DNA of 24,829 bases from a virus (lineage: Duplodnaviria > Caudoviricetes). The translations under genes were made by a program, and so were the position numbers. Positions within the stretch are counted from its first letter, which is position 1. The number at the start of each line of letters is the position of its first letter. The notes below the pieces were generated by a model that saw nothing but the letters and a program-made list of their open reading frames with translations, did not search any database and was not told the DNA's origin. The DNA lies in the IMG/VR virus record IMGVR_UViG_3300046490_000018, positions 1-24,829 of that record; one strand, written 5' to 3'. Of the stretch, positions 1-8,303 are shown piece after piece.

Positions 1-1
1 C

Positions 2-532
2 GTCACGAGCCAGCAACTCGGTCGGATGCGGAACCCTGAGCCTCACGAGTTGGACAACACGCTCTGCAAGATGTCGCAGAAGCGGGCGCACACCTCCGCG
101 ACGAAGGCCGCGATGGGCGGTTCCGCCCGGTTCACGGTGGACATCGAGGAGAACCCCAAGGCGCACGGTGTTCGTGACGCAGGCGAGGCCGATGTGGTGA
201 TCGAGGGGGGCGGCGGCGGGAACGTGGACCGGAAGCCCGAGCCTGCGAAGGCCAAGGCGAAGCCGACCACCGCTGCTACTGCTCCCACCCAGAAGGCCGA
301 GCCGGTCGATCCGAGGCGTGAAGAGATGTCCGCCAAGGCAATCGCCGGGGCGCGCGCTCACGGGTGCGAGAAGTTGGGCGACCTGTTCGCGCTCTTCTCC
401 AAGCACTCGATCCTCGCCACCACGCCGACCAGCGTGCAGGAGATTCCCACGGAAGCGTGGGAGAAGTTGCTGTTTGTCTGGGAACAGGAGCGCGAGGGAT
501 CGGGAGCAACCGGAGAGGACGTTCACTTCTAA
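2..532 (+). CDS. C-terminal part of a putative phage single-strand annealing/recombination protein (5' truncated by window edge)
   Basis: Frame is open from the window edge. The motif NPEPHELDNTLCKMSQKRA..S.RFTVDIEE resembles the NT(I/L)LKMAQKRA...FTQDxE motif of phage SSAP-like proteins. An Ala/Pro/Lys-rich linker and small C-terminal domain follow. Confidence 0.5.
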   Translation, partial: VTSQQLGRMRNPEPHELDNTLCKMSQKRAHTSATKAAMGGSARFTVDIEENPKAHGVRDAGEADVVIEGGGGGNVDRKPEPAKAKAKPTTAATAPTQKAEPVDPRREEMSAKAIAGARAHGCEKLGDLFALFSKHSILATTPTSVQEIPTEAWEKLLFVWEQEREGSGATGEDVHF

Positions 533-795
533 TGGCATGCTCCTTCTGCCACCGCGATGGTCACAACTGGCCTACCTGCCGCAAGAAGTTCCGTGCGGAC
601 GGCCTGATGCACCAGATGATCGCGGCCATCATCTCCGAGGAGGTCCGGGCGTACCTGTCCCGGGCCTTCCCGGGGGCGACGGGCCTGCTCGTCAAGACAG
701 GGAACGTCGCGCTCAACGCATACGACCATGCCGGTGGCCGCTGGGCATTGGTCAAGAGGCCGCTGCAACTCAGAGGAAGGAGACGGGCCGCATGA
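532..795 (+). CDS. Small protein with N-terminal CCHC zinc knuckle
   Basis: ATG overlaps the upstream TAA (TAATG) with GGAGAGG upstream. MACSFCHRDGHNWPTC fits C-x2-C-x4-H-x4-C. ATGA overlap with the next gene. Confidence 0.65.
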   Translation: MACSFCHRDGHNWPTCRKKFRADGLMHQMIAAIISEEVRAYLSRAFPGATGLLVKTGNVALNAYDHAGGRWALVKRPLQLRGRRRAA

Positions 796-1712
796 GAGAG
801 GGCAAGGTCACGAAATACGCTGGGGTTCTCGACATCCCCGAGGGCGAGTGTGGCGATTTCGCCATCAAGCATGTGCGCTACGACGCAGGGTATTGCCTGC
901 CGCTCGCCAACAACCGCACGATGTTCTTCGGCAACCCGGAGCGCGGCTCCGTGGAGTTCCCCGAACCGACGCTGTGGCACGAACTGTTGGAGAACGGCGG
1001 TCGCTGGATGAGCGACTTCCCCATCGAGCAGGCGCAGCACGACCGAGAGTTGGAGCACATGACCCGGGGCAGCGTGCTCATCGGAGGTCTGGGCCTCGGC
1101 TACGCCGCAACCGTACTGGCCCAGCGCAAGGGCATCACGCGCGTGTTCGTCGTGGAGAAGTCGCGTGAGGTGATCACGCTGGTGGAGCGTGCGATGAAGG
1201 TCAATCTCGGGCGCTCTGCCGCTTCCAAGGTCACGGTGCTCCACGCGGACCTGTTCGACTACCTTCAGGACGCGAAGGCCAACGGGACGCACCCGTTCCA
1301 CCATGCGTTCTTCGACATCTGGGCGCCGGACGGCGAAGAGACGTTTCACGAGACGGTCGTGCCGCTGCTCCATCTCTCCAGAGGGCTGGTCAATCAGGAG
1401 CCTGTGTGCTGGAACGAGGGAGTCGTGCGCGGCCAGTTGCTCACGGGCATCATGAGCAACCTGATTCTGGCGCACGGCGGCAAGAAGTTGGACGGATGCC
1501 CCACGATGGCGCAGTTGGCGGAGGAAGTGCCGTCCGGGCCGTTCGCCGTGTACCACAACTGGCGCGTCCCGTTCTTCCGCTGGGTGATGGATTCGCACGC
1601 CAGCATCGACGTGGCGCAGGAAGGCGCGCTCTACTACGCGAAGAACTACGGGACGTGGGCGTGGCCGAAGGCGTGGGAGTTGTGGGAGCGCGGCGTGGTG
1701 GCGAAGTCATGA
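792..1712 (+). CDS. Class I SAM-dependent methyltransferase, spermidine-synthase-like fold
   Basis: Start re-assigned to ATG 792 (AAGGAG upstream, ATGA overlap). Motifs WMSDFPIE, VLIGGLGLGY (motif I), VVEKSREVI, HADLFDY and FFDIW. Confidence 0.75.
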   Translation: MREGKVTKYAGVLDIPEGECGDFAIKHVRYDAGYCLPLANNRTMFFGNPERGSVEFPEPTLWHELLENGGRWMSDFPIEQAQHDRELEHMTRGSVLIGGLGLGYAATVLAQRKGITRVFVVEKSREVITLVERAMKVNLGRSAASKVTVLHADLFDYLQDAKANGTHPFHHAFFDIWAPDGEETFHETVVPLLHLSRGLVNQEPVCWNEGVVRGQLLTGIMSNLILAHGGKKLDGCPTMAQLAEEVPSGPFAVYHNWRVPFFRWVMDSHASIDVAQEGALYYAKNYGTWAWPKAWELWERGVVAKS

Positions 1713-1903
1713 CCGGCGCCTACATCAGAATCAAGCGCGCAGACGGCTGGCAGGCCGTCGAAATCGAGGACATGACCGAGGAAGAAATCTTCGCAGCCAT
1801 GAAGGGACGGGAACACGACGATCTGGTGCGGTGGATCGTGCTGCTGGCGCACTTCATCAGCGCCGAAGTTGTCGAGAGCACGGGAGAGGAGCCGGTCCAG
1901 TGA
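1709..1903 (+). CDS. Hypothetical protein (64 aa, MTGAYIRIKRADGWQAVEIEDMT...)
   Basis: ATGA and GTGA overlaps with both neighbours. GC3-rich codons. Confidence 0.65.
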   Translation: MTGAYIRIKRADGWQAVEIEDMTEEEIFAAMKGREHDDLVRWIVLLAHFISAEVVESTGEEPVQ

Positions 1904-2091
1904 AGAAGGCCGCGAAGAAGCCGCGTCGGTGGCGCCACGTCTCCAGCCCCAAGCGGGACGTGATCGTGCTGAAGATGGTGGACCTGATGCGCGCGTGCTC
2001 TTGGGACTGGGAAGTGGGAGAGATCGTGAACAAGGCGCTCGCGTTCTCCGACAACAACGCATACGAGTGCAAGCGGAGGGACGCATCGTGA
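1900..2091 (+). CDS. Hypothetical basic protein (MKKAAKKPRRWRHV...)
   Basis: GTG start with GAGGAG upstream. Coupled by GTGA overlaps at both ends. Confidence 0.6.
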   Translation: MKKAAKKPRRWRHVSSPKRDVIVLKMVDLMRACSWDWEVGEIVNKALAFSDNNAYECKRRDAS

Positions 2092-2354
2092 GCATGGTCC
2101 CGCCGACCACTCCCTGCAAGGGCTGTGGGCACCTGATCGTCTGGGGCGTCACCGAGGAGGGCAAGCGCATTCCGCTCGACCCGAGGCCGCCCGTCTACCT
2201 CGTCTCGTACAACGGCGAGGAGCACATCACCACCGCAGTTCGCGCGAACGGCGAGGAAGCGCCGAAACTGGAGAGCGAAGCCACGTTCATGGTGTCGCAC
2301 TTCGCCACCTGTACGCACGCCAACGAGTTCTCGGGGAAGGGGAAGAAGTCGTGA
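2088..2354 (+). CDS. Small zinc-binding phage protein (CxxC...HxxxC)
   Basis: CKGCGHLIVW...GKRIPLD...SHFATC pattern common in small phage proteins. GGAGG upstream and GTGA overlap. Confidence 0.7.
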   Translation: MSMVPPTTPCKGCGHLIVWGVTEEGKRIPLDPRPPVYLVSYNGEEHITTAVRANGEEAPKLESEATFMVSHFATCTHANEFSGKGKKS

Positions 2355-2575
2355 CGCAGGAGCATCTTCAGCAGTCAAATAGAATGCTCAAGTTGTTCGG
2401 TTGGGCAGGAACCGACCGCATACACGTCATGCAGGTGATGGGAGGATTCAAGGCGTCCGTCGTGTTGGACGAAGGCAACGTGCTCATCACGTCCATCGGA
2501 GACACGCCGACGCTGTGTGTGGACCGTCTCGTGAAGGGCATCAACGACCTCTTCAACGGAAAGAACAGGGCATGA
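2351..2575 (+). CDS. Hypothetical protein
   Basis: 74-aa ORF coupled to both neighbours by 4-nt overlaps. Confidence 0.6.
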   Translation: MTQEHLQQSNRMLKLFGWAGTDRIHVMQVMGGFKASVVLDEGNVLITSIGDTPTLCVDRLVKGINDLFNGKNRA

Positions 2576-3240
2576 GCGGCGAATCACTGGAGCAACTGGT
2601 CAACGAACTCGGGCGCCTGATGAACGCGGCGGACGCCTGCGGCACGGATGCTGACGGCATCAAGGCGAAGTTGGAGATCGAGAAGCAGATTTCCGCTCTC
2701 GTTGGCGATACCGAGGCCAAGGTGGACACGGTGGGCGGGTACTTGCTCAAGTTCGACCGCCGCGCCGCCACCTTGAAGGCCGAGGCCAAGGAACTACTGG
2801 GCCGCGCCCAGACGTTCGAGAAACGCTACGCATGGCTCAAGAAGGTGGTCGCGTTCGCCATGCTGGCGCAGGGGTTCAAGAAGTTGGAGGGCTGTCGCGT
2901 CACGATGACCCGGCTCAATGGGAGAGAGACGTTGAGCATCGACGACCTCGACCTGATCCCCGACGAGTTCTGCCGCGACACCTACATCATCGAGGCTCCG
3001 GCAGAGGTCGCGCAGCAGATGACCGAGTCGCTCAACGCTGTCGTGGCCGATTGCAGCAAACTGGTCCCGTTCACGAAACCCATCCTGATGTCGCAGAACC
3101 GAGTGGTGGACAAGAAGCGCGTGGAGTTGGTGCTCGATTCCGGAGAGGTGGCTGGCGCGAGCATGAACGTGGGCGATCCGGGCCTCAAGGTGTACGTCTC
3201 GATGCGAGAAGGGGTCATTCAGGAGGACGAACAGGCATGA
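2572..3240 (+). CDS. Siphovirus Gp157-family (Mu Gam-like) protein
   Basis: Coiled coil EAKVDTVGGYL...LKAEAKEL..RAQTFEKRYAWLKK...M...GFKKLEG, then IDDLDLIPDEF and VDKK...GEVAGA. Start re-assigned to ATG 2572. Confidence 0.8.
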   Translation: MSGESLEQLVNELGRLMNAADACGTDADGIKAKLEIEKQISALVGDTEAKVDTVGGYLLKFDRRAATLKAEAKELLGRAQTFEKRYAWLKKVVAFAMLAQGFKKLEGCRVTMTRLNGRETLSIDDLDLIPDEFCRDTYIIEAPAEVAQQMTESLNAVVADCSKLVPFTKPILMSQNRVVDKKRVELVLDSGEVAGASMNVGDPGLKVYVSMREGVIQEDEQA

Positions 3241-3494
3241 GTGAAGATCAGGTGGTGCCGCTGACCGGAAAGGAGCGCGAGTGCCTCGCGTTCATTCGGA
3301 AGTTCAGCGCGGAGAACGGATACCCGCCCAGCATCATGGATGTGGCGGCAGAGCAGGAGAACACCGGCACGGTGGCCCGCGAGCGGATCAATGCGCTCGT
3401 GACCAAGGGCTACTGTCGCCGCACGCCGGGAGTCTCGCGCAGCATCGTGGCTATTCTTGACGAGGACGGCAACGAGATCAGGGAGGCGTCGTGA
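3237..3494 (+). CDS. LexA-type DNA-binding domain protein (no peptidase domain)
   Basis: LTGKERECLAFIRKF..ENGYPPSIMDVA...INALVTKGYCRRTPGVSRSI matches the LexA N-terminal winged helix. 85 aa. AGGAGG RBS. Confidence 0.8.
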   Translation: MSEDQVVPLTGKERECLAFIRKFSAENGYPPSIMDVAAEQENTGTVARERINALVTKGYCRRTPGVSRSIVAILDEDGNEIREAS

Positions 3495-3742
3495 GGGCCA
3501 GCGAGAAGGCGACGAAGGTGATGAGTCTGGAGTGCGCGCCCGACGACGCCCCCGTTTACGCCGCGCGAGCGGAGGAAGGTCGCGCGGAGATCGACGTGTT
3601 CGTGCAGCCGAAGGACGGTGGGCGAGGGACGATCACGGTCCACTCCTCACACGAGGCGTACAACATCGCGCAGGCGGCGACGGCGGTTGGTGACTTTCTG
3701 AGGGAGCGCGAGCAGGACCAGATGGCCATCGTGAAACTGTAG
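3491..3742 (+). CDS. Hypothetical protein
   Basis: 83-aa ORF with GGAGG RBS and GTGA overlap. Confidence 0.6.
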   Translation: MRASEKATKVMSLECAPDDAPVYAARAEEGRAEIDVFVQPKDGGRGTITVHSSHEAYNIAQAATAVGDFLREREQDQMAIVKL

Positions 3743-3771
3743 CGCCGCCACAACACGGAAGGGGTGAGCAA

Positions 3772-4581
3772 GTGCGCTACACCGCGAAGGCGCGGATGTT
3801 GTCCTTCGATTTCCTCCCCGATGACGTTGTGTACGATCTGCCTCCGATGCAGGCGCTCCTGCTCGCCGGGATGATCGCGCGCGCGGACAATCTGGGCAGG
3901 CTTCCGGGCGACCCGTCCGTACTGCTGGCCTACCTGTTTTTTCCGAAACCCCCGCGACCCGACGCAACGGACGACGAGGCAGAGTCTCTGCTGATCGCCC
4001 TCGCCAGCAGAACGCCGCCAGTCGTGCTCTGGTATCAGTCGGGCGCTTCGAGATACGTACAGTTCCGCTCTTGGAAGGTTCATCAGGCGGGACTGCGGGA
4101 GCACAACCTCAAGAGCACGCTGCCGGGGCCGGAAACCGAAGGCGCATTCCCGGTGGTCGAGGGCGGCCAGCCGTCGCTGTTCGACGCTCCGCGTCCCGCA
4201 CCCTGCGTGAAACTGGACAACGACGCGGTACGCAACCTTGTCGCGCTGACGGCGCGGCAGCACTCCATGAGCACGATGGGGAGAGAGTTCAAGCCCGCAG
4301 ACGTAGTGGATTGGGCGAAGAACAACAACGTAGCGCCTGACACGAAGGGGGCCGTGGCGTTCGCGCACTGGCTGTGGAACACCGGAGTCACGAACATGGA
4401 CTCGGTGCTGGCGGTGCTGGACGACTCGCTGCTCCATCAGGCCGAACAGCCATACGCCTACTACGCGCCGGGCGGCGCCGCGCGCAACGGGATCGTCCTG
4501 CGGAACAACGCTCGCAACGCCGAAGCGAGCCACGAAGCGATCAAGAAGGAAGAGGCAGCCTTCTTGGCGCGCAAGCCATGA
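3772..4581 (+). CDS. Putative phage replication initiator / replisome organiser
   Basis: N-terminal LLLAGMIARADNLGRLPGDP..L...FFP...WYQ....YVQFRSWKVHQ pattern resembles the AD-x-x-GR family of phage replication proteins. Lies in the early operon. Confidence 0.6.
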   Translation: MRYTAKARMLSFDFLPDDVVYDLPPMQALLLAGMIARADNLGRLPGDPSVLLAYLFFPKPPRPDATDDEAESLLIALASRTPPVVLWYQSGASRYVQFRSWKVHQAGLREHNLKSTLPGPETEGAFPVVEGGQPSLFDAPRPAPCVKLDNDAVRNLVALTARQHSMSTMGREFKPADVVDWAKNNNVAPDTKGAVAFAHWLWNTGVTNMDSVLAVLDDSLLHQAEQPYAYYAPGGAARNGIVLRNNARNAEASHEAIKKEEAAFLARKP

Positions 4582-5084
4582 GAATCGTCATCAACAAGCC
4601 CAGTTCTCTGGGAACGACAGAGAGCGGAGCCGCTTGGAGGTTTGAGGTGGACGGACCCATCACCATTGACCGCTGCACCGACCCGGTTGGATGTAAGGCC
4701 GAAGAATGCTGCGCGTGTCTGGAGCAGATTCGGATGCTGCGCGGAGAGGTGAACCGCTTGGAAACCGAGAAGCGAGGAGTACCCGTCGAGCCAGTCGCAG
4801 ACGATCAGATGGCCGCTCAGCGAGAGCAGGCGTCCGTCCCGGCGAAGATGATCCTTGAAATCTTCGGAGTCCACGACTTCAACCCCACCTACACGCGCAA
4901 GCGGCATCTGGTCGAGAACGTGCTGCTCAACGTGATGCTGAAGGAGCGCCTCGCGGGCCTCAACCGGCTCGACGCCACGCTCAAGGTGGCTTCCGAGGCG
5001 TTGCACAAGGGGCGCGATCAGGGCTGCGCCTGCCGCCGCACCGAGGTCGAGGACGAGACTCACGGCGAGGTGCCGGGCGCATGA
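4578..5084 (+). CDS. Hypothetical protein (Cys-rich segment, coiled coil)
   Basis: ATGA overlaps at both ends. Start re-assigned to ATG 4578. Confidence 0.55.
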   Translation: MRIVINKPSSLGTTESGAAWRFEVDGPITIDRCTDPVGCKAEECCACLEQIRMLRGEVNRLETEKRGVPVEPVADDQMAAQREQASVPAKMILEIFGVHDFNPTYTRKRHLVENVLLNVMLKERLAGLNRLDATLKVASEALHKGRDQGCACRRTEVEDETHGEVPGA

Positions 5085-5335
5085 GCAATCAGAAAAGCGT
5101 CTGGATCGTCTACGTTGAAACTCCGGGGCACAACGACTGGAGGCATGTGTGTTGCGGCTCACTTCGGGTGGCCCGGTATTACGAGGAAGATCTGATCGCC
5201 CAAGTTGCCGCAGCGGCGCCCGGCGGCATCAAGGGAGTAACCGTCCGAATCGACAGGTTCCCCATACACCACTACGCCGTTGAGGTGGTGCGGAAGCGGC
5301 GTCTAGCCCGCAGCCGGGCGAAGAGGGGCGCATGA
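5081..5335 (+). CDS. Hypothetical protein
   Basis: 84-aa ORF coupled to both neighbours. Confidence 0.55.
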   Translation: MSNQKSVWIVYVETPGHNDWRHVCCGSLRVARYYEEDLIAQVAAAAPGGIKGVTVRIDRFPIHHYAVEVVRKRRLARSRAKRGA

Positions 5336-6399
5336 ACGAAATCTTCCCGGTCCACTCGCTCGACCGCAGCAAGGTCCACTGGGAGGACTACCTGATGGCG
5401 CTGACGCCGTGTGAGTTCCATCACGGCGTCTGGTTCAAGCGCGACGACTACTTCGCGCCGCTCGGGTACGGCGGCATCAACGGGTCGAAACTGCGCCAGT
5501 GCATCATGGTCATGCGCCAGTGGTCGCTTCTGCCCGCCGGGCACCGCACGGTGGTCAGCGGAGCCTCGGTGAAGTCGCCGCAGTTGGCGATGGGCGCGGC
5601 GGTAGCGAAGCACTACGGATTCGACTGCGTTCACGTCATCGGGGCCACGAATCCCGACTCGGCCATCAAGCGCGACATGGTGCAGATGGCTCAATGGTTC
5701 GGAGCGCGGTTCGTGATCGAGGCGGTGGCGTACAACCACAACCTGCAACTGAAGGCACAGTCGCTCCTGAAGTCCGAGTTCCCGAACGGGCTGTATCTGG
5801 AGTACGGGATCACGCTGCATCAGGACCGACACCCGGCGAAGCACATCGCGGACTTCCACAACATCGGGGCGTTGCAGGCGAGGAACATCCCCGACGAGGT
5901 GACGGACGTGGTGATCTCATGTGGCAGCGCCAACAGCGCCACGTCGCTGCTCATGGGGCTGGCGCTCTTCCCCCCGAAGAACGTCAGGAACGTCCATCTC
6001 ATCGGCATCGGGCCGTCGAAGTTGGGCTACCTGCTCTCGCGGCTTCAGATCATCGGCAGGGCGCGCGAACAGGACTTGCTCGGGGACTTCAAGAGCGTCC
6101 ACAACCCGAAGGCATGCGAGAACGCGAGATACCGCATGTACTACCGCGACCTGCACCGCATGGGGCTGGCGGACTACCAAGACGAGGTGCCATATGCGCT
6201 CGACGGGATCGAGTTCCACCCGACCTACGAGGGCAAGGTGGTGCGCCACGTCAGGGAGAACATGCCGGAGTTGATGAAGCCGACGACGCTGTTCTGGATC
6301 GTCGGAAGCAAGCCCCGCATCGAGTCGATGGCGCATCTGCGCGGGGTGTTGGGCGAAGCGCCGACGAAGTTCCACGAGTACGATCCAGCGGAGGCTTGA
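5332..6399 (+). CDS. PLP-dependent enzyme, fold type II (ACC deaminase/D-cysteine desulfhydrase superfamily), resembling phage DNA-hypermodification PLP enzymes
   Basis: LTP...WFKRDDYFAPLGYGGINGSKLRQ (Schiff-base Lys), SCGSANS phosphate loop, and FHPTYEGK (equivalent of DPVYTGK). Confidence 0.8.
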   Translation: MNEIFPVHSLDRSKVHWEDYLMALTPCEFHHGVWFKRDDYFAPLGYGGINGSKLRQCIMVMRQWSLLPAGHRTVVSGASVKSPQLAMGAAVAKHYGFDCVHVIGATNPDSAIKRDMVQMAQWFGARFVIEAVAYNHNLQLKAQSLLKSEFPNGLYLEYGITLHQDRHPAKHIADFHNIGALQARNIPDEVTDVVISCGSANSATSLLMGLALFPPKNVRNVHLIGIGPSKLGYLLSRLQIIGRAREQDLLGDFKSVHNPKACENARYRMYYRDLHRMGLADYQDEVPYALDGIEFHPTYEGKVVRHVRENMPELMKPTTLFWIVGSKPRIESMAHLRGVLGEAPTKFHEYDPAEA

Positions 6400-6623
6400 T
6401 GGGCAAGATCACGCCACTGAGCAAGCCGGTGCGCCGTCTGGTCAAGACGGAGTACGGCATGGTGGTGGTGACGCTGCGCCCCGTGAGTGCGAACAAGCCG
6501 TTCGTGGTCGAGGTCCGACGCTATCGCAGCAGGGAGCCGTTCGCATCGGTTCCGGTCGGGACGCCCGAGGCGCCACACGAGCAGACGTTCCTCTTCACCG
6601 AGGAGGACATGGGTGCAAGTTGA
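6399..6623 (+). CDS. Hypothetical protein (MGKITPLSKPVRR...)
   Basis: TGATG overlap and GGAGG upstream. Confidence 0.6.
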   Translation: MGKITPLSKPVRRLVKTEYGMVVVTLRPVSANKPFVVEVRRYRSREPFASVPVGTPEAPHEQTFLFTEEDMGAS

Positions 6624-6855
6624 GTTGGTAGGAGGACGCTTCGACGGCCAGCGCATCGACGTTCAAGAGCCGCTGCCGCCGATCATGACGTTTCGCAAGA
6701 TGGAAGTCGTCACCGTGACGCCCCAGACGGCAACAACCACCACGAGAGTGTCCTGCGTGGTCGTGTACGCGCTCAAGCATCCTGCGGACAGCGCGCCCAA
6801 GTACGTCTACACGGGAAAGCCCATTGAGCCTGAGAAGAAGTCCGTTCAAGCGTAA
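6613..6855 (+). CDS. Small hypothetical protein (GGxxDG motif)
   Basis: AGGAGG RBS at 6601. MQVELVGGRFDGQ resembles a common small phage protein N-terminus. Confidence 0.6.
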   Translation: MQVELVGGRFDGQRIDVQEPLPPIMTFRKMEVVTVTPQTATTTTRVSCVVVYALKHPADSAPKYVYTGKPIEPEKKSVQA

Positions 6856-7273
6856 GAAGTCGCCTATCGTGAAGATCGCAGGCCGTTGGCGGCGCCTGCC
6901 CAGCGAAGGCGATCAGTTGGACGACCTGTGGCGCGAGTGCATCAGGATCAGGGACAACCTGACGTGCCAGAGGTGCTTCAAGCCGGAGATGCAGGCGCAC
7001 CACGTCATCACTCGTGGGAATCCGCGGACTCGGTGGGTGATCGAGAACGGTCTGGGGCTGTGCGAGGGGTGTCACAAGTTCTGGTGGCACATGAATCCGG
7101 GCATGGCGCTGGACTGGTTCAAGGAACTGTGGCCCGAGCGTTGGGCGATCATCTCGCTCAAATCCCGGGTTCTACACAAGACGGACAAGAAGGACAGCCT
7201 GTTCGTGCTGGCCATTAGGCATCGGGAGTTGCTTCTGCTCCCGCCGGTCCAAGGAAGGAGAGTTCAACCATGA
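6824..7273 (+). CDS. NinG/Rap-like HNH endonuclease
   Basis: LDDLWRECIRIRD..TCQRC...AHHVITRG....RW..ENGLGLCEGCH has two CxxC pairs plus the HH/N core. Confidence 0.8.
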   Translation: MSLRRSPFKRKKSPIVKIAGRWRRLPSEGDQLDDLWRECIRIRDNLTCQRCFKPEMQAHHVITRGNPRTRWVIENGLGLCEGCHKFWWHMNPGMALDWFKELWPERWAIISLKSRVLHKTDKKDSLFVLAIRHRELLLLPPVQGRRVQP

Positions 7274-7425
7274 TCGTGGCGAAGATGCTCTGGTGGGTCT
7301 GGAACCTGATCGTGCTGCTGTCTGTCTGCTTCACGGCCTCCGTCCTCCTGTGGACGATCTGGCTGGAGTGCCGCGACCGCTATTTGACGAAGAAGGCCCG
7401 CGAAGGAACGAGGGAAAAGGTATGA
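7270..7425 (+). CDS. Small single-pass membrane protein (51 aa, not in ORF track)
   Basis: AAGGAG RBS and ATGA overlaps at both ends. MIVAKMLWWVWNLIVLLSVCFTASVLLWTIWLECRDRYLTKK is a hydrophobic helix with a basic tail. Confidence 0.65.
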   Translation: MIVAKMLWWVWNLIVLLSVCFTASVLLWTIWLECRDRYLTKKAREGTREKV

Positions 7426-7739
7426 GCAACAGCCTGAAGAAGATTCTGACCGGACTGGTGGACGCCTGTCACAAGAAGTACCCCGACAACAGGATCATCA
7501 CGATGTCCACGGGTGATGCGCGGACGCTACTGCGCTACAACCTGCACCTCGAAGAGAAGGTCGAGAGTGGCCGCAGACTCGGGATGTTGCTGGACGAGTC
7601 GGCCATGCTCGTGGACTACATTGAAAGCGAGCGGTTGGCCTCGCGCGTGGCGATCATGTTCCGGCTCATCCGCAAGTTGAACAAGTCCCGCAAGGACCGG
7701 AGGCCGAGCAATGGACCTGCTCCCGCTCACAGCGAGTGA
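7422..7739 (+). CDS. Hypothetical protein (MSNSLKKILTGLVDACHKK...)
   Basis: ATGA overlap. Start re-assigned to ATG 7422. Confidence 0.55.
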   Translation: MSNSLKKILTGLVDACHKKYPDNRIITMSTGDARTLLRYNLHLEEKVESGRRLGMLLDESAMLVDYIESERLASRVAIMFRLIRKLNKSRKDRRPSNGPAPAHSE

Positions 7740-8292
7740 GTTGCCTGTTCGCAACCGGGACGACTGGCGGCGCCACTACTTCACGCACGTTGACGTGTTC
7801 ATGGCGACACGGGCGGCCCTACACATCCAGCAGGCCAACCGGCGCATGGGGGCGCGATCCGTCAAGGTGAGCGAGCACTCCGACACCGAGATCGCCATGA
7901 TCGGGAGTCTGTGCGAGGCGGCGGTGATGCGGATGGAGGACTTGCCACTCGTGTTCCCCGTCGCGGAGAGCCTGCGCCTTCTCTCTTCGGAGAGGCGCCC
8001 AGACGTAAACGGGTGGCAGGTGAAGGGGTCGCTGTTCGACGCCAAGGACGGCAACGGCATCCTCGTGAACAAGGCGCTCTTCGAGAAAGACCCGGACAAG
8101 TACCCGCTCGACTGGCGTTATCTCGGGTGTGTGCTCACGATGGACTGCGAGCACCCGTACTGCACGGTCAAAGGCTGGGCCTACGGCTGGGAGTTCATCG
8201 GGCAAGAGCAATGTCTCAAGCGCAATGTGCCGCAACCGGCGTATAGTCCCACCGAGTTGAAGCGGTACATGCCCATCGAGACGCAGTTCTAG
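7711..8292 (+). CDS. Hypothetical protein, possible PD-(D/E)XK nuclease fold
   Basis: GGAGG RBS. GSLCEAAV...RPDVNGWQVKGS resembles the E...PD...(E/Q)xK arrangement. Confidence 0.5.
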   Translation: MDLLPLTASELPVRNRDDWRRHYFTHVDVFMATRAALHIQQANRRMGARSVKVSEHSDTEIAMIGSLCEAAVMRMEDLPLVFPVAESLRLLSSERRPDVNGWQVKGSLFDAKDGNGILVNKALFEKDPDKYPLDWRYLGCVLTMDCEHPYCTVKGWAYGWEFIGQEQCLKRNVPQPAYSPTELKRYMPIETQF

Positions 8293-8303
8293 CAGGAGGG
8301 CCA

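Noticed and set aside
318-791. N-terminal extensions in the ORF track (318, 2401, 2832, 4374, 9140, 14807, 18395 starts)
   Set aside because: They overlap real upstream genes in other frames. Downstream starts with an RBS and/or stop-start overlap fit better.
5499-6398. 374-aa alternative-frame ORF overlapping the PLP gene
   Set aside because: Only the last 74 codons (from ATG 6399) look coding. The rest is an off-frame shadow.
7270-7425. Holin call for the small membrane protein
   Set aside because: Single TM helix in the early operon with no endolysin nearby. Evidence is insufficient.
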